A DNA stretch of 64,000 nt from Myxococcales bacterium (GCA_012513515.1 JAAZCA010000031.1:19905-83904), one strand, 5' to 3'. Numbered from the stretch's first letter, positions 9,932 through 20,084 are shown. The notes: generated by a model not told the origin, from the sequence alone. Made by a program: numbers and translations.

Positions 9932-12589
9932 TTAACGAGGTTTTTTAGGATTCGCGCCCATGATCCTATTCGCCCAAGATTGTGTGCGTTCTATAAAGCG
10001 CCTTTCTACTCCATCAGCAGATACGATTTGAAGAGAACCCACACCTTTGATCTTCATCTTGGATCTTATGATCTTCTCAACGTTATCCCTGCTCATGCCC
10101 CCAGTAAGTGGGATCCTCACCTTGAACTTCCCTGTCGGGGTATCTTCTAAATCACACCAGTCTATCTTCACGCGATCATTTAACAGAGCTTCGAGCACGC
10201 TTTGCATAACTCCCTTATCTGCAAATTCTGTTCTCTCGACCACAACATCCATAAATGTGACTTTGCCCACGTAGGGAGGGGGGGTGCCCCTGTAGGAATC
10301 CTCGAGCGTGGAGAAAAATTCGTCCACCGCCTCCAACTTGCTAGGCTCGTCGATAGGCATCTCGAATTCAAGCAAGGCCTGCTGTGATTCTCCAACCCTT
10401 TCGAATTTTACGGATGAAAAAGAAAGCCCGTAGTCAAACGCCGACAAAAGTATGTTTTTGAGAAGCGATGAGTCGTGACGAAGGAGAAGTCTGGCCGAAA
10501 CTTTTTCGTTACGATCGTAACGCGTAAAAAGTATCGAATTCGCCATTATCCTGCTCTTGACTTCGTTGACAAAATCCTGCCGCCAAGCTCCAGAAGTTTT
10601 AGAAATTTCAGAAGCTTTACGAAAAGCCCCAAGCGTTATAAAGAACTCTTCCTCAGTTTTGAATCCCAATCTGCGATAGAGACGCTCAAACGAAAAAAGG
10701 AAGGTCGGGCTGGCAGTCCCAAACTTCCTTCCCCCCTGTGAATTTATGAGCTCCTCCTTCACCTCGGATGATATCCTAGCCAGCTCAGCCTTGCCATGTC
10801 CGGAAAGGTACTCCTTATTTATCTTTCTGGGATCAAGCGAGAAATTCTTCTCTGCGACGGTTGCAGCATATAACATCATCGCCCTGGCGTAGGGGGTTTT
10901 CACAATATGGATCCTTGTGGGAAATATAGAATGGCCCCTCGTTTGGAAATCGAACCTCTGACCGGATTCGATACGGGACTCAAGTTTTTTGGACGAACCT
11001 TCCAAAAAACCCACATCGGCATAGAGAGCGGAAAATGCGTCCCTCGCAAAGGCGGCGTCAAGCAGGGATGGTTTTCTATCTTGGCTGCCGGTAACGATCT
11101 TCAAAATCTTTCCGTTGGAGTCATCGATGACGAAAAAAGTTCCGGACGAATGAATCCCATCTTTTTTCGCTTTAAACAGGGTTCTGGGAGGGTCTATGTC
11201 CGACGAGGTCGTTAGCTGCACCGTTTCCCCTGTTTTATAAGCGCCATGAGCTGCGGAACCGAACTCGGCATTCATGTGCATGGCCGACGTTCTTACCTGT
11301 ACCTCCAGGAGATATCCGCTGGAATCCTTATAATAGGCGTGTAGGGACTTATACCCGTTTGCCTTTTGTTTAACATAGATGTAGTCGTCGTAATGCTCAG
11401 GTAGATACTCCCAGCCGCGGGCGGTGAAATAAGCTTTGACCTCCTCCATCGCCTCGTAGCACATTTCGTCGCGATCGTCATTTATTATGATCCTAATTCC
11501 GTTGGTATCGCGGTTATTCCCCTTCTTATCACGTCTGACACGGGCACTGACAGTTGTCTTCATGCGATGCTCGATATAGTGACCGATGCCTTTAGCATCC
11601 AAAGCATCCCTGAGCTCCCTTGAAATTTCTTCCAGCCTGGCATTGGACGATCTCCTATCCATGCCGACCTGCTTGCGGAGATGTTCTTCCATTTCCTCGT
11701 AAGAGAATGGCTCCAGATGCCGGAATGCGACGTCCTCGAGGGTTCCTCCATCCTGGCTAAAACCGAAATATTTCAGTATCTGCGATGTGACGAAACGAGA
11801 TCGCTGCATCTTCTCCTCGCTCTCGCGGTCGAGGCCGGAAGAAGGGCGCTGAGATAAAAGCCCTGCGTCGACTGTGTCCTGAGCCGCGAGAAGCATCAAC
11901 TCCTCGTGGCTGTTCGAAATCGCGAATAGAAGGCTCATGAGACGGCCGTACTGATTCTTGTCAGACCAGTCGCAGGTAAAGGATTTTGTCCTCTCGAGCT
12001 GGCTCAGTAATTTTTTAACCTCCGATTTACCATTCCCGGAGATAGAATAATCCTTCTTTCCGGAGATCAGCGCGGCGGCGATCGCGGGAGTGGAGGAGTC
12101 CCAGCTGGCGAGTAAAAACGCACATCGCAAATTTCTTATTTGGCTATCGGTGGAAAGAGTGGAAAGGTTATCAAGCGCACTTCTGACAAGTTTGAGGTCC
12201 TTATGCCCCAGCTTTTCGAGCCGTTCGAGGAGCTTCTTTTTCGGCTCAGAGGTATCATCGGGATCATGGTCAGGAAAACCATAAAGCCCCGCAAAAATCT
12301 CTGAGGACTTCAATGCAGCGCTGGCAGCGGCATCGCCGGAGGAAAAGATCGCAGCCCCGGATCCCGCATCGCCTGCAAAGGCCATCGCGTGAGATGGAGC
12401 AAAGATTGATCCGGCGGAAATGCCATGCGGCGCACCATGAGCGAACCTTTTGCAAAAATTTTTAACCTGGCAAATGGTGAAAACTGGAGCGCTTGAGCTC
12501 CCAGCCTGCCCGGCGAAAGCCACAGGAGCGAAAGAGGCAGGCGTTGCGGCAAAAGGAAAATTAAAAGGCTTAAGCACAGGAAAACGCAT
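9932..12589 (-). CDS. Long RelA/SpoT homologue with intact (p)ppGpp synthetase motifs, degenerate HD hydrolase and N-terminal low-complexity extension
   Basis: HRMKTTVS, RDTNGIRII, DDYI..KANGYKSLH, EVQVRT, AEFGSAAHGAYK. Start placed at ATG 12589 (RBS AGGGG) because the track start at 12808 lies inside a repeat cassette. Confidence 0.85.
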   Translation of the reverse strand: MRFPVLKPFNFPFAATPASFAPVAFAGQAGSSSAPVFTICQVKNFCKRFAHGAPHGISAGSIFAPSHAMAFAGDAGSGAAIFSSGDAAASAALKSSEIFAGLYGFPDHDPDDTSEPKKKLLERLEKLGHKDLKLVRSALDNLSTLSTDSQIRNLRCAFLLASWDSSTPAIAAALISGKKDYSISGNGKSEVKKLLSQLERTKSFTCDWSDKNQYGRLMSLLFAISNSHEELMLLAAQDTVDAGLLSQRPSSGLDRESEEKMQRSRFVTSQILKYFGFSQDGGTLEDVAFRHLEPFSYEEMEEHLRKQVGMDRRSSNARLEEISRELRDALDAKGIGHYIEHRMKTTVSARVRRDKKGNNRDTNGIRIIINDDRDEMCYEAMEEVKAYFTARGWEYLPEHYDDYIYVKQKANGYKSLHAYYKDSSGYLLEVQVRTSAMHMNAEFGSAAHGAYKTGETVQLTTSSDIDPPRTLFKAKKDGIHSSGTFFVIDDSNGKILKIVTGSQDRKPSLLDAAFARDAFSALYADVGFLEGSSKKLESRIESGQRFDFQTRGHSIFPTRIHIVKTPYARAMMLYAATVAEKNFSLDPRKINKEYLSGHGKAELARISSEVKEELINSQGGRKFGTASPTFLFSFERLYRRLGFKTEEEFFITLGAFRKASEISKTSGAWRQDFVNEVKSRIMANSILFTRYDRNEKVSARLLLRHDSSLLKNILLSAFDYGLSFSSVKFERVGESQQALLEFEMPIDEPSKLEAVDEFFSTLEDSYRGTPPPYVGKVTFMDVVVERTEFADKGVMQSVLEALLNDRVKIDWCDLEDTPTGKFKVRIPLTGGMSRDNVEKIIRSKMKIKGVGSLQIVSADGVERRFIERTQSWANRIMGANPKKPR

Positions 12590-12599
12590 AGTCCCCTGC

Positions 12600-12626
12600 T
12601 TCTCGGCTTCCTGCAAAAAAAGTTGC
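12600..12626 (-). promoter_or_regulatory. Putative alternative-sigma promoter GCAAC-N14-GCCGAGAA
   Basis: Minus strand GCAA ctttttttgcaggaa GCCGAGAA, ending 10 nt before ATG 12589. Confidence 0.5.
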
Positions 12627-12775
12627 GTACTTCTTTCGGGGAGGCAAACGATTCGCGCCACTATAAAAAAGATACATATCAGCGACTTAACCGGTTCGGC
12701 CAGTCCATGCAAGCGAAAATACTTAAGTAACCTCCGAAAAATCAGCAAATTCAGAGCGCCTCTAAAAACCATGCG

Positions 12776-13010
12776 CTTGTCATCCCCGAGTGACGGAAAG
12801 GTCGTCATCCCCGAATGACGAGAAGGTTGTCATCCCCGAGTGGTATAATCGGGGATCCCGCAACAGCCGTGAAGTGGGAAAAACAGAAGCTAGAAGCTAG
12901 AAAAACCTCGCCTGTAGAAATCTCGCTTCTCGCTTCCAGATTCCAGCTTCTTGATGTTTTGGTCGATGGTCAATCGTCCATGGTCGAAGTTATTGTTGCC
13001 TCTAGCTTTT
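12776..13010. repeat. Intergenic mosaic repeat cassette with three tandem GTCATCCCCGA units (25-nt period)
   Basis: GTCATCCCCGA x3, hairpin ending TCGGGGATCC, AGAAGCT heptamers; 12885-12961 is an inverted copy of about 22008-22077. Confidence 0.9.
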
Positions 13011-13178
13011 CAGAGGTTCCTTAAAGGATCAAAAGAAACAAAATCACAAACGAACAGCTTATTGCCTTGCCATGACGCGCTGCGTGGAATAGTCTGTGGG
13101 CATTCAAATTCGCTCTTTCATAAAGTTGCCCGCAAAATGTCCATTCTCCTTTGAACCGAATAAAACGAGGGAGGGGTT

Positions 13179-13661
13179 ATGTATTGTGGGGGAAAAGAAT
13201 CGCCAAACGGAGTGCGCCTTACAAACACGCAGGTAAATGCGTTCACCAGATTTTTGAAGATTGGTTGGAATGTCGGTCACGAAGATCAGGGGACCCCTAT
13301 AGATCTCTCGCTTTTCGATTCTTTCCACTCGCTGGATCAATACCGTTACTCCCTTTTCCCAAATCGCATGAAGCCATTTCAGTTCGGATATGATCTGGGC
13401 TATAAAAATTTTCTGGAAACAAATAGACGCGGATTCTTTGACAAGTTCTCCCCGGACTTCAATCTGGATGCCCTGCAACTTAGACAAAAAATTCCATGGC
13501 CGATAGAAATAATTCTACCCAGCGCCAAGATACTCATTGGATTCGATTTCATGAATAAATATCCCAGCGAAAAAAGCCTGACGGCCATGGGGTGGGAGGA
13601 AGGGCAGCTCGACGACAACCTGAGCTCCGGCGTAGCGAAACAGTTTCAAATATCGTTCTGA
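13179..13661 (+). CDS. Hypothetical protein (orphan)
   Basis: 160-aa ORF preceded by a G-rich RBS; ends 5 nt from the convergent TonB receptor stop. Confidence 0.6.
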   Translation: MYCGGKESPNGVRLTNTQVNAFTRFLKIGWNVGHEDQGTPIDLSLFDSFHSLDQYRYSLFPNRMKPFQFGYDLGYKNFLETNRRGFFDKFSPDFNLDALQLRQKIPWPIEIILPSAKILIGFDFMNKYPSEKSLTAMGWEEGQLDDNLSSGVAKQFQISF

Positions 13662-13666
13662 AAATG

Positions 13667-15640
13667 TCAGATGTTGTGGAGCTTCATCCCAAGCCAGACG
13701 CTTCTGCCCGGCTCTGGAAATCCGAACTCGCTCATGTTATTCGCATCGATCACATTTCGCACCGACAGCGAGAGCTCAAGCCACTTGAAGGGGTCGCTCG
13801 TGATCTTCACGTCCCAGCGCTCGCTGGATCGGAGACTGGCCCACACCCCGCTTTCTGGATTAACATAAGGGCGCGGACCGGTGACGATCAGGCTGCTCGA
13901 TACGCTGAATAGATCGAGTGGCTCCCATGCCACGGAAAATCTGCCTTTGTGTTCCGGCCTGTACTCAAGCTGACTTGCAGGATGTGAACTCGAAAGTTTT
14001 CTGGCAAAGAGGTACTGATACCCCATATCTATGTTCAGGTCGCATCCGTCGAATTTGAATTCGATCGCCACCTCCGTCCCGGCTAATCGCGCTCTACTGC
14101 TATTTCGCAACTGGTAGAGATCCGGCGAGACAAGCTCCCTCAATATCATATCGTAAATCTCGCTATCGAACACGCTGATCCTGAAGGTGAGCCATTCTAG
14201 CGGAGTCACAGTCGCATCGAGCGAGAAGTTCCAGCCCTTCTCCGCTCCCAAATTCGGGTTTGGAAGATGCGATCCGAACGCATCAGCGAACCTCTCCTTC
14301 AGCGTTGGAAATCTGGCGCGCCTTGCAACGGAGAGACCGATCATAAAAGCATCGGAGGGTGAAAATTCGACTGCAAAGAGAGGGCTCACGGTCATCTGAT
14401 TTTTAGTCTCTATCAGCGACGGAAAACTCTGTGGAATCTCCGAATCTATCTGAAGGCCGGTCTTTATGCTCCAGATCTCATCGAGCGCCCAGTTGATCTG
14501 TGGAGATATGGTGACGAGCCAGCGTTCATAGCTGATCGAGCCTGCGGCGCCCTCGCTGCTCTCGGTATGCTTCTCTAGCCTGCCTCCAGACCACAGAAGC
14601 AGTTCTATCTTCTTCATCCACGGCGGGCTTATTACGAAAGCTCCCTGCAGTACGCCGCCAGCGGCGATGTCGCTATGGCGGGATGTAAATGAGCTGGGGA
14701 AACCTTGCGAACTGTATGAAGAATCGTCGTAGGATTTCAGAGTATTGTCGAACTTGGAAAGAAAGAGCGTCTCCTTGATCTGCATACGGTCGGAAAAATA
14801 TCTCCCCTCGTGCGAAGCAGAAATCGTGCCCGCACTCCAGGGATCAAAACGCCAGAAACGCGGCCTAGATACCTGCGTATTCGGAGGAACGTAATAGTCC
14901 CCTCTAACGAGGTCGGCTGAAACAAGGAGGGTGTGATTTTGCACGAGCTCTATGTCGAGTTTGCCCCCACCATATCCCATTTGAACTTCACTGCCGATTC
15001 GGTCTCCCCCTCCCTGAGTTGGAGTCGGAGTATAATCCCCGGAGAGCGGAAAGTGGTCCCGGTAATCGAAGCCGCCGTAAAGTACGTACCCGATTTTGCC
15101 TATCGTGTTGCTATGAAGAATCGACGCCCCTACCTTGCTCACCGGCGACCCATCGCCCCTAAACTCAAAATGCGGATTTTTGCTCGGCGATCTCGTGATG
15201 ATATTGACTGCACCGCCGAGTCCGCCCGGGCCATAGCTTATCGAGCTGGCCCCCTTGACGACCTCAATTTCCTCCACCATGAAGGAGGGAAACTTTCCGA
15301 GGTCGAGATCGCCGTTATACGGAATGGCGGATGGAACCCCCTCTATCAGGACGGAGACCTCCTTCTGGTCGAACCCCCTCATGTAAAAAAGATGCTCGCC
15401 CCTAGTCCCGCTAACGACTTCCATCGATGGCAAATCGCCGAGTACGTCGGCAATGGTCTCTGAGCTCCCTTCGTCGATATCGCCTCTGTCAACGCGATCG
15501 ACCATGGTTCCCGCCGATTTTCCCGCTATCCCGGCAGTCACTGAGATGACGCCAAGATCCACCGGCTCCCCGGCGTACAATGCGGAATGGAAAAAGATCA
15601 TGGCAAGGGCCGCCATGGCTGTTCTTCCGGGAATATTCAT
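13667..15640 (-). CDS. TonB-dependent outer-membrane receptor
   Basis: Plug motifs (VISVTAG, MRGFDQKEVSVLIEG, IEVVKGASSISYGPGGLGGAVNIIT), NPNLGAEKG, C-terminal PEPGRSVWLGM. Start set at ATG 15640, where the signal peptide begins. Confidence 0.92.
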   Translation of the reverse strand: MNIPGRTAMAALAMIFFHSALYAGEPVDLGVISVTAGIAGKSAGTMVDRVDRGDIDEGSSETIADVLGDLPSMEVVSGTRGEHLFYMRGFDQKEVSVLIEGVPSAIPYNGDLDLGKFPSFMVEEIEVVKGASSISYGPGGLGGAVNIITRSPSKNPHFEFRGDGSPVSKVGASILHSNTIGKIGYVLYGGFDYRDHFPLSGDYTPTPTQGGGDRIGSEVQMGYGGGKLDIELVQNHTLLVSADLVRGDYYVPPNTQVSRPRFWRFDPWSAGTISASHEGRYFSDRMQIKETLFLSKFDNTLKSYDDSSYSSQGFPSSFTSRHSDIAAGGVLQGAFVISPPWMKKIELLLWSGGRLEKHTESSEGAAGSISYERWLVTISPQINWALDEIWSIKTGLQIDSEIPQSFPSLIETKNQMTVSPLFAVEFSPSDAFMIGLSVARRARFPTLKERFADAFGSHLPNPNLGAEKGWNFSLDATVTPLEWLTFRISVFDSEIYDMILRELVSPDLYQLRNSSRARLAGTEVAIEFKFDGCDLNIDMGYQYLFARKLSSSHPASQLEYRPEHKGRFSVAWEPLDLFSVSSSLIVTGPRPYVNPESGVWASLRSSERWDVKITSDPFKWLELSLSVRNVIDANNMSEFGFPEPGRSVWLGMKLHNI

Positions 15641-15812
15641 AAAGGTGCAATACCCAATACTTCCAAAGTCCGCCGCGGTCAACCTGCCTAAAACGAACTT
15701 TTCAACTGTCCGCCCTTTTTTACATAGCAGGAGCATCTAATCGCTCTATTGCATTTATAGCGCAAGTTTGACAGGATTCCTCGCGAAACCGGAAGAACCA
15801 AGGAGGACTTAA

Positions 15813-16220
15813 ATGGACGACCATAGGAAAATCTATCTCTCTGAAAAGGACATGGAGAGGCTTAGAAACATAGTCGGAGAGCGGCAGCAGAGCAAGGAGC
15901 TTCAGCTCCTCGCCGACGAGCTGGACCACGCCATAGTACTTCCTCAGGAAGAAATACCGCCGAACGTGGTTACTATGAACTCCAAGGTCCTCTTCGAAGA
16001 CGTCGACACCAAGAAGACCTCCGAAATAACCGTCGTCTATCCGCAGCACGCTGACGCAGCAAATCGAAAAATATCCATACTGGCACCGATAGGAGCTGCG
16101 CTCATAGGCCTCTCCGTTGGCGATACCATAGAGTGGCCCCTTCCGGGCGGAAAGAAAAAGACTCTACGAATACTGGAGGTGCTATATCAGCCGGAGGCGG
16201 CAGGAAGACGGGACCTATAA
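15813..16220 (+). CDS. rnk: Regulator of nucleoside diphosphate kinase (GreA/GreB family)
   Basis: VVTMNSKV, ISILAPIGAALIGLSVGDTIEWPLPGG. Confidence 0.9.
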   Translation: MDDHRKIYLSEKDMERLRNIVGERQQSKELQLLADELDHAIVLPQEEIPPNVVTMNSKVLFEDVDTKKTSEITVVYPQHADAANRKISILAPIGAALIGLSVGDTIEWPLPGGKKKTLRILEVLYQPEAAGRRDL

Positions 16221-16235
16221 AGGAAGCTCAGAAAA

Positions 16236-17741
16236 ATGTCCATGGAACAATTGTTAGCACTGGCAGCGGTTTTAATCTTCGTAAGCGTGGTATCAAGTAA
16301 GATTTCCGACAAGTTTGCCATTCCGGTTCTGCTGATATTTCTCGCCGTGGGGATGCTCGCCGGTTCCGAGGGAATAGGCGGCATATTTTTCAACGACACC
16401 AGAATAGCCAAATCCATAGGCGTAATCGCGCTGATCTTCATAATATTTTCCGGAGGTTTCGACACGGACTGGAAGGAGACCAAGCCGGTGCTCTGGCATG
16501 GGGTTCTGCTTTCGACAGTCGGCGTCTTCATAACCGCTGTGATCACCGGATTTTTCGCCATGTATGCCCTTGGCTTTTCGCTTCTCGAAGGGATGTTGCT
16601 GGGCTCGATAGTCTCATCGACGGATGCCGCTGCGGTTTTCAGCATCCTGCGCTCAAGAAACATCAGCCTGAAGCCGCCGCTCAAAGCCCTTCTTGAATTT
16701 GAATCCGGAAGCAACGACCCCATGGCCGTTTTTCTCACTCTCGGAATAATAGGAATAATTACCTCGTCGGCCGAGATCAGCGCATCGACTCTGATACTAA
16801 AATTCCTTCTGGATATGGGCGCGGGCGCTCTCATCGGTTACCTGATGGCAAGATTCAGTATCTTTTTCATAAACTTTCTGAAGCTGGAATACGAAGGGTT
16901 GTATCCGGTAATAATGATATCGCTTGTATTGCTTACCTACTCCGCCGCCGTCATCATGAAGGGGAATGGCTTTCTTGCGGTCTACATAGCCGGCCTAATG
17001 CTCGGTAAATCCGACATCCCAAACAAGAAGATGATAATGCGATTTCACGACGGAATCGCATGGCTGATGCAGATTGTCATGTTCGTAACTCTCGGCCTTT
17101 TGGTTTTCCCCTCGAAACTGATACCTCTGGCAGGAGTCGGAATGGCTCTGACTATGGTTCTCATGTTCGTGGCAAGGCCTGTCAGCGTATTTCTTTTACT
17201 TATTCCATTCAAACTCAGCATGCGTATGAAGACAATGGTAGCATGGACCGGTCTCAGGGGATCTGTTCCCATTATACTCGCAACATTTCCTCTGATGGCC
17301 AATATCAGCCGTTCGTCGATGATGTTCAATATCGTCTTTTTTGTAGTGATCGCATCCGTGCTTATACAGGGGATGTCGATACCATTCGTGTCTAAAATTC
17401 TAAAGGTGAACGCCCCCTTTCCAAGGCGCACCGACCACCCGATAGAATTTGAAAGAAAGGGCAAGATCGATGCGGATCTTACTGACATCATCGTCCCTTA
17501 TGAATCCGAGGCGATAGGGAAAAAAATAGGCGAGCTTCCAATTCCAAAAGAACTCCTGATAGTTCTCATCTCCAGAAACGGAAAATACGTCATCCCTTCA
17601 GGAGATACCACTTTTGAGGCAGGTGACGTCCTCCTCGTTCTGGCAAGCGATCATGATTTTGCCGCGCTCAGTCGCGAGATAAGCAGGATAAAAAAGGTTG
17701 AAAAAACCCGAGATATCCAGCAGCCGTTTACATGCGTTTGA
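16236..17741 (+). CDS. K+/H+ antiporter (CvrA/NhaP2 type, CPA1) with C-terminal TrkA-C domain
   Basis: SSTDAAAVF, LEFESGSNDPMAV, WTGLRGSVPIILA, VIPSGDTTFEAGD. Confidence 0.92.
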   Translation: MSMEQLLALAAVLIFVSVVSSKISDKFAIPVLLIFLAVGMLAGSEGIGGIFFNDTRIAKSIGVIALIFIIFSGGFDTDWKETKPVLWHGVLLSTVGVFITAVITGFFAMYALGFSLLEGMLLGSIVSSTDAAAVFSILRSRNISLKPPLKALLEFESGSNDPMAVFLTLGIIGIITSSAEISASTLILKFLLDMGAGALIGYLMARFSIFFINFLKLEYEGLYPVIMISLVLLTYSAAVIMKGNGFLAVYIAGLMLGKSDIPNKKMIMRFHDGIAWLMQIVMFVTLGLLVFPSKLIPLAGVGMALTMVLMFVARPVSVFLLLIPFKLSMRMKTMVAWTGLRGSVPIILATFPLMANISRSSMMFNIVFFVVIASVLIQGMSIPFVSKILKVNAPFPRRTDHPIEFERKGKIDADLTDIIVPYESEAIGKKIGELPIPKELLIVLISRNGKYVIPSGDTTFEAGDVLLVLASDHDFAALSREISRIKKVEKTRDIQQPFTCV

Positions 17742-17779
17742 AATCTGCCTAGTATGCTGTAACCTCACAGGGAGGAAAT

Positions 17780-18400
17780 ATGAAGCTGAAAAAAGCAGTT
17801 TCACTTTTCGCAGTTATTCTAATCACGGCCATCTTCTTTTCGGGCTGCGCAAAAGATGATAGCCACTGGGGTCAGAAACTAGATGTCGATAAAAAATGGT
17901 GGAAGGTCGAAGGGCAATCTTGGGATCGCAAAAACAATCTTTTCATGGCCGTGGGATATTCCAATCCGAACTGGAGCGATAAATACGATCAGAGGAAGAG
18001 CGCAGATTTGGATGCCCGCTCTCAGGCAGCATCCTTTATGAACAGCCTCGTAAAAAATTACATGCAGGAAACGAGAAGCCACAACTATTCCTTATCTGAG
18101 AGCTTCGTCGAAATCTCAGCCAACGAAACGGTTTTGGGTTCCGTCATAGTCGCCAGAAAGTATTGGAAAAAGAGGTATCATTCTCTCGTTAAGGTCGATC
18201 TCGGCTATTTCTTTTCCAATATCTACAAGAAATACGCAGCCGATATGGAGTCGAAGATAAAAAAATCTTCCCAATCAGTTTCGGCGGAAGAGATAAGCGC
18301 GAGGGTCTCCGCTTCTGTAGAGAAACTGAAAACTTTGGAGGTTCCTGCTATTGAAAAAAGCATCGTAGCGACTCCCAAAGCGGAGGGCATAGATGAATAA
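17780..18400 (+). CDS. LPP20-family lipoprotein
   Basis: Lipobox FSGC; AVGYS...RKSADLDARSQAA pattern; first gene of a 4-gene operon. Confidence 0.7.
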   Translation: MKLKKAVSLFAVILITAIFFSGCAKDDSHWGQKLDVDKKWWKVEGQSWDRKNNLFMAVGYSNPNWSDKYDQRKSADLDARSQAASFMNSLVKNYMQETRSHNYSLSESFVEISANETVLGSVIVARKYWKKRYHSLVKVDLGYFFSNIYKKYAADMESKIKKSSQSVSAEEISARVSASVEKLKTLEVPAIEKSIVATPKAEGIDE

Positions 18401-19451
18401 ATTATTGCGCTTCGCAATTTTAGTCTGCGCATTCACGTTTTTATCCTCTCAGGCATCTGCTAAAAAACCTGACTGGATAGATGGAACGTCAAAAAAATAT
18501 CCCGAGCCACACTATTTCATAGGCATGGGTGAAGCGATGCTCGGAAAGGGTTCGGAAAAACAGGTTCACTCCCTCGCTGCAGACAGGGCACGCGCTGAAA
18601 TAGCCAAGTCGATAAGGAGTAGCGTATCGGTGGATGAAAGATCGGGAAGAAAGGTTGAGTCTTCGGCAAAAGGAAAAAGTCGCGACCTTTCTCAGGACTC
18701 GTATCAGAGTTCATCGGTCAGGATATCGGCAGGCCAGATACTGGAAGATGTTCAGATCAAAGAGTACTACAAGGATAAAAAAGAGGGGCGTCTCTATGCT
18801 CTGGCCGCGCTCGACCGCCCGAAGGCCGCCAAGAGGCTCTCGGCAAGGCTCGATCAGGTGCTGAAAGAAATCTCCACCGAAATGGAGATGGGGCGCGAGG
18901 CGCAAGATGCCGGAAACTATCTTCCAGCGATGAAACGCTATAGCAACGCACTTTCGCTCTCCTCTGGAGCTTCCGATATCGCGGAACTAATTTCAATATT
19001 GAAGCCTGCCGGCCCGTCACCACTATCGGAGGGATTGGCCACAGCGGAGATAAAGGAGCTGATTTCGAGGCTCGGCTCGATGATCGCTTTTGAAATAAAA
19101 ATAAACGACGAAAATTCTGCGATCAGACCCTACATAGTGCGCGGACTGAAAAATTACGGATTTTCTGTCGGCGCCGACACAGCCGGAGCCAAGAAATCTT
19201 ATACGCTCGATTGCAGGATTGATATCATCGAAAAAGGAACGATCGATATGGGGCCGGGGCTTCTGATGAATGTGTATCAGGCAGATCTTGATGTTGAGAT
19301 AACCGACACTTCCGACAGCAATGTCATAGGATCGATGACATGGTCCGCAAACGCAAACGAGAAAAGTTCGGTTGCTGCTGAAAAATCCGCAGTACGCGCG
19401 CTTGGAAGGCTCGTGGAAAAACAGATCGGCGAAAAGTTGGTGGGGATTTAA
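18393..19451 (+). CDS. LPP20-domain exported protein
   Basis: Signal peptide; KPDWIDG..YPEPHYFIGMG...ADRARAEIAKSI; overlaps the upstream stop. Confidence 0.7.
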   Translation: MNKLLRFAILVCAFTFLSSQASAKKPDWIDGTSKKYPEPHYFIGMGEAMLGKGSEKQVHSLAADRARAEIAKSIRSSVSVDERSGRKVESSAKGKSRDLSQDSYQSSSVRISAGQILEDVQIKEYYKDKKEGRLYALAALDRPKAAKRLSARLDQVLKEISTEMEMGREAQDAGNYLPAMKRYSNALSLSSGASDIAELISILKPAGPSPLSEGLATAEIKELISRLGSMIAFEIKINDENSAIRPYIVRGLKNYGFSVGADTAGAKKSYTLDCRIDIIEKGTIDMGPGLLMNVYQADLDVEITDTSDSNVIGSMTWSANANEKSSVAAEKSAVRALGRLVEKQIGEKLVGI

Positions 19452-19478
19452 GTTAAACAAAAACTGAAAGGAAAATTT

Positions 19479-20081
19479 ATGAAGCGATATCTATCCACGA
19501 TAATTGTAATAACCTCGCTCTTCATGGTCGCATCGTGTGGAAGCAAGAGCGTCTATACGAAAGGCAAATACATCAACCCTGAAGAGGTAAAACTCCTGAG
19601 CGACAAATTCGTGGAAGCCGACCTTCAGATGATTGCAGACACCCTTACGAATTCTCTTCTCTCAAGCGATCTTGTGGCCGAACAATCTAAAAAGCCTTCG
19701 ATAATAATCAGCCTTTTTACCAATGGAACCGACGAGCATATCGATATCCTGTCGCTGACAAACAACATAAGAACGGACCTGATGAAATCGAAACAGTTTC
19801 GATTCCTAAATGAGCGACTCAGAAAAAAGATGGCGGAGGAATACGAATATCAGGCCTCCGGCTACGTCGATCCCGAAACTGCCAAGATGAAGGGAAAACA
19901 GATCGGCGCGGACTGGTTGATATCAGGGCACATCTCCTCCATCAGACAACCGGTTGGAAAAGATGAGATCGTCTATTACAAGACTACGCTGGAAGTCACC
20001 GATCTCGAGACCTCTGAAATACTCTGGGCAGATGAAGTAGAGCTTAAAAAAGCATTCAAGCGCAAAAAGGTTAGGTTCTAG
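19479..20081 (+). CDS. Penicillin-binding protein activator LpoB-like lipoprotein
   Basis: Lipobox VASC; NGTDEHIDI, TAKMKGKQIGADWLISGHI, DLETSEILWAD. Confidence 0.85.
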   Translation: MKRYLSTIIVITSLFMVASCGSKSVYTKGKYINPEEVKLLSDKFVEADLQMIADTLTNSLLSSDLVAEQSKKPSIIISLFTNGTDEHIDILSLTNNIRTDLMKSKQFRFLNERLRKKMAEEYEYQASGYVDPETAKMKGKQIGADWLISGHISSIRQPVGKDEIVYYKTTLEVTDLETSEILWADEVELKKAFKRKKVRF

Positions 20082-20084
20082 CAG

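Noticed and set aside
12590-12808. N-terminal 73 aa of the 958-aa RelA ORF in the track
   Set aside because: The start lies inside a repeat cassette and reads as non-protein; an RBS and the promoter motif support ATG 12589.
12776-12860. Tandem GTCATCCCCGA repeats as a CRISPR array
   Set aside because: The period is only 25 nt, the intervening sequences resemble each other, there are at most three units, no cas genes are present, and the unit belongs to the dispersed palindrome family.
15641-15812. Cobalamin or other riboswitch upstream of the TonB receptor
   Set aside because: No B12-box or other recognisable aptamer motif; an Infernal/Rfam scan would settle it.
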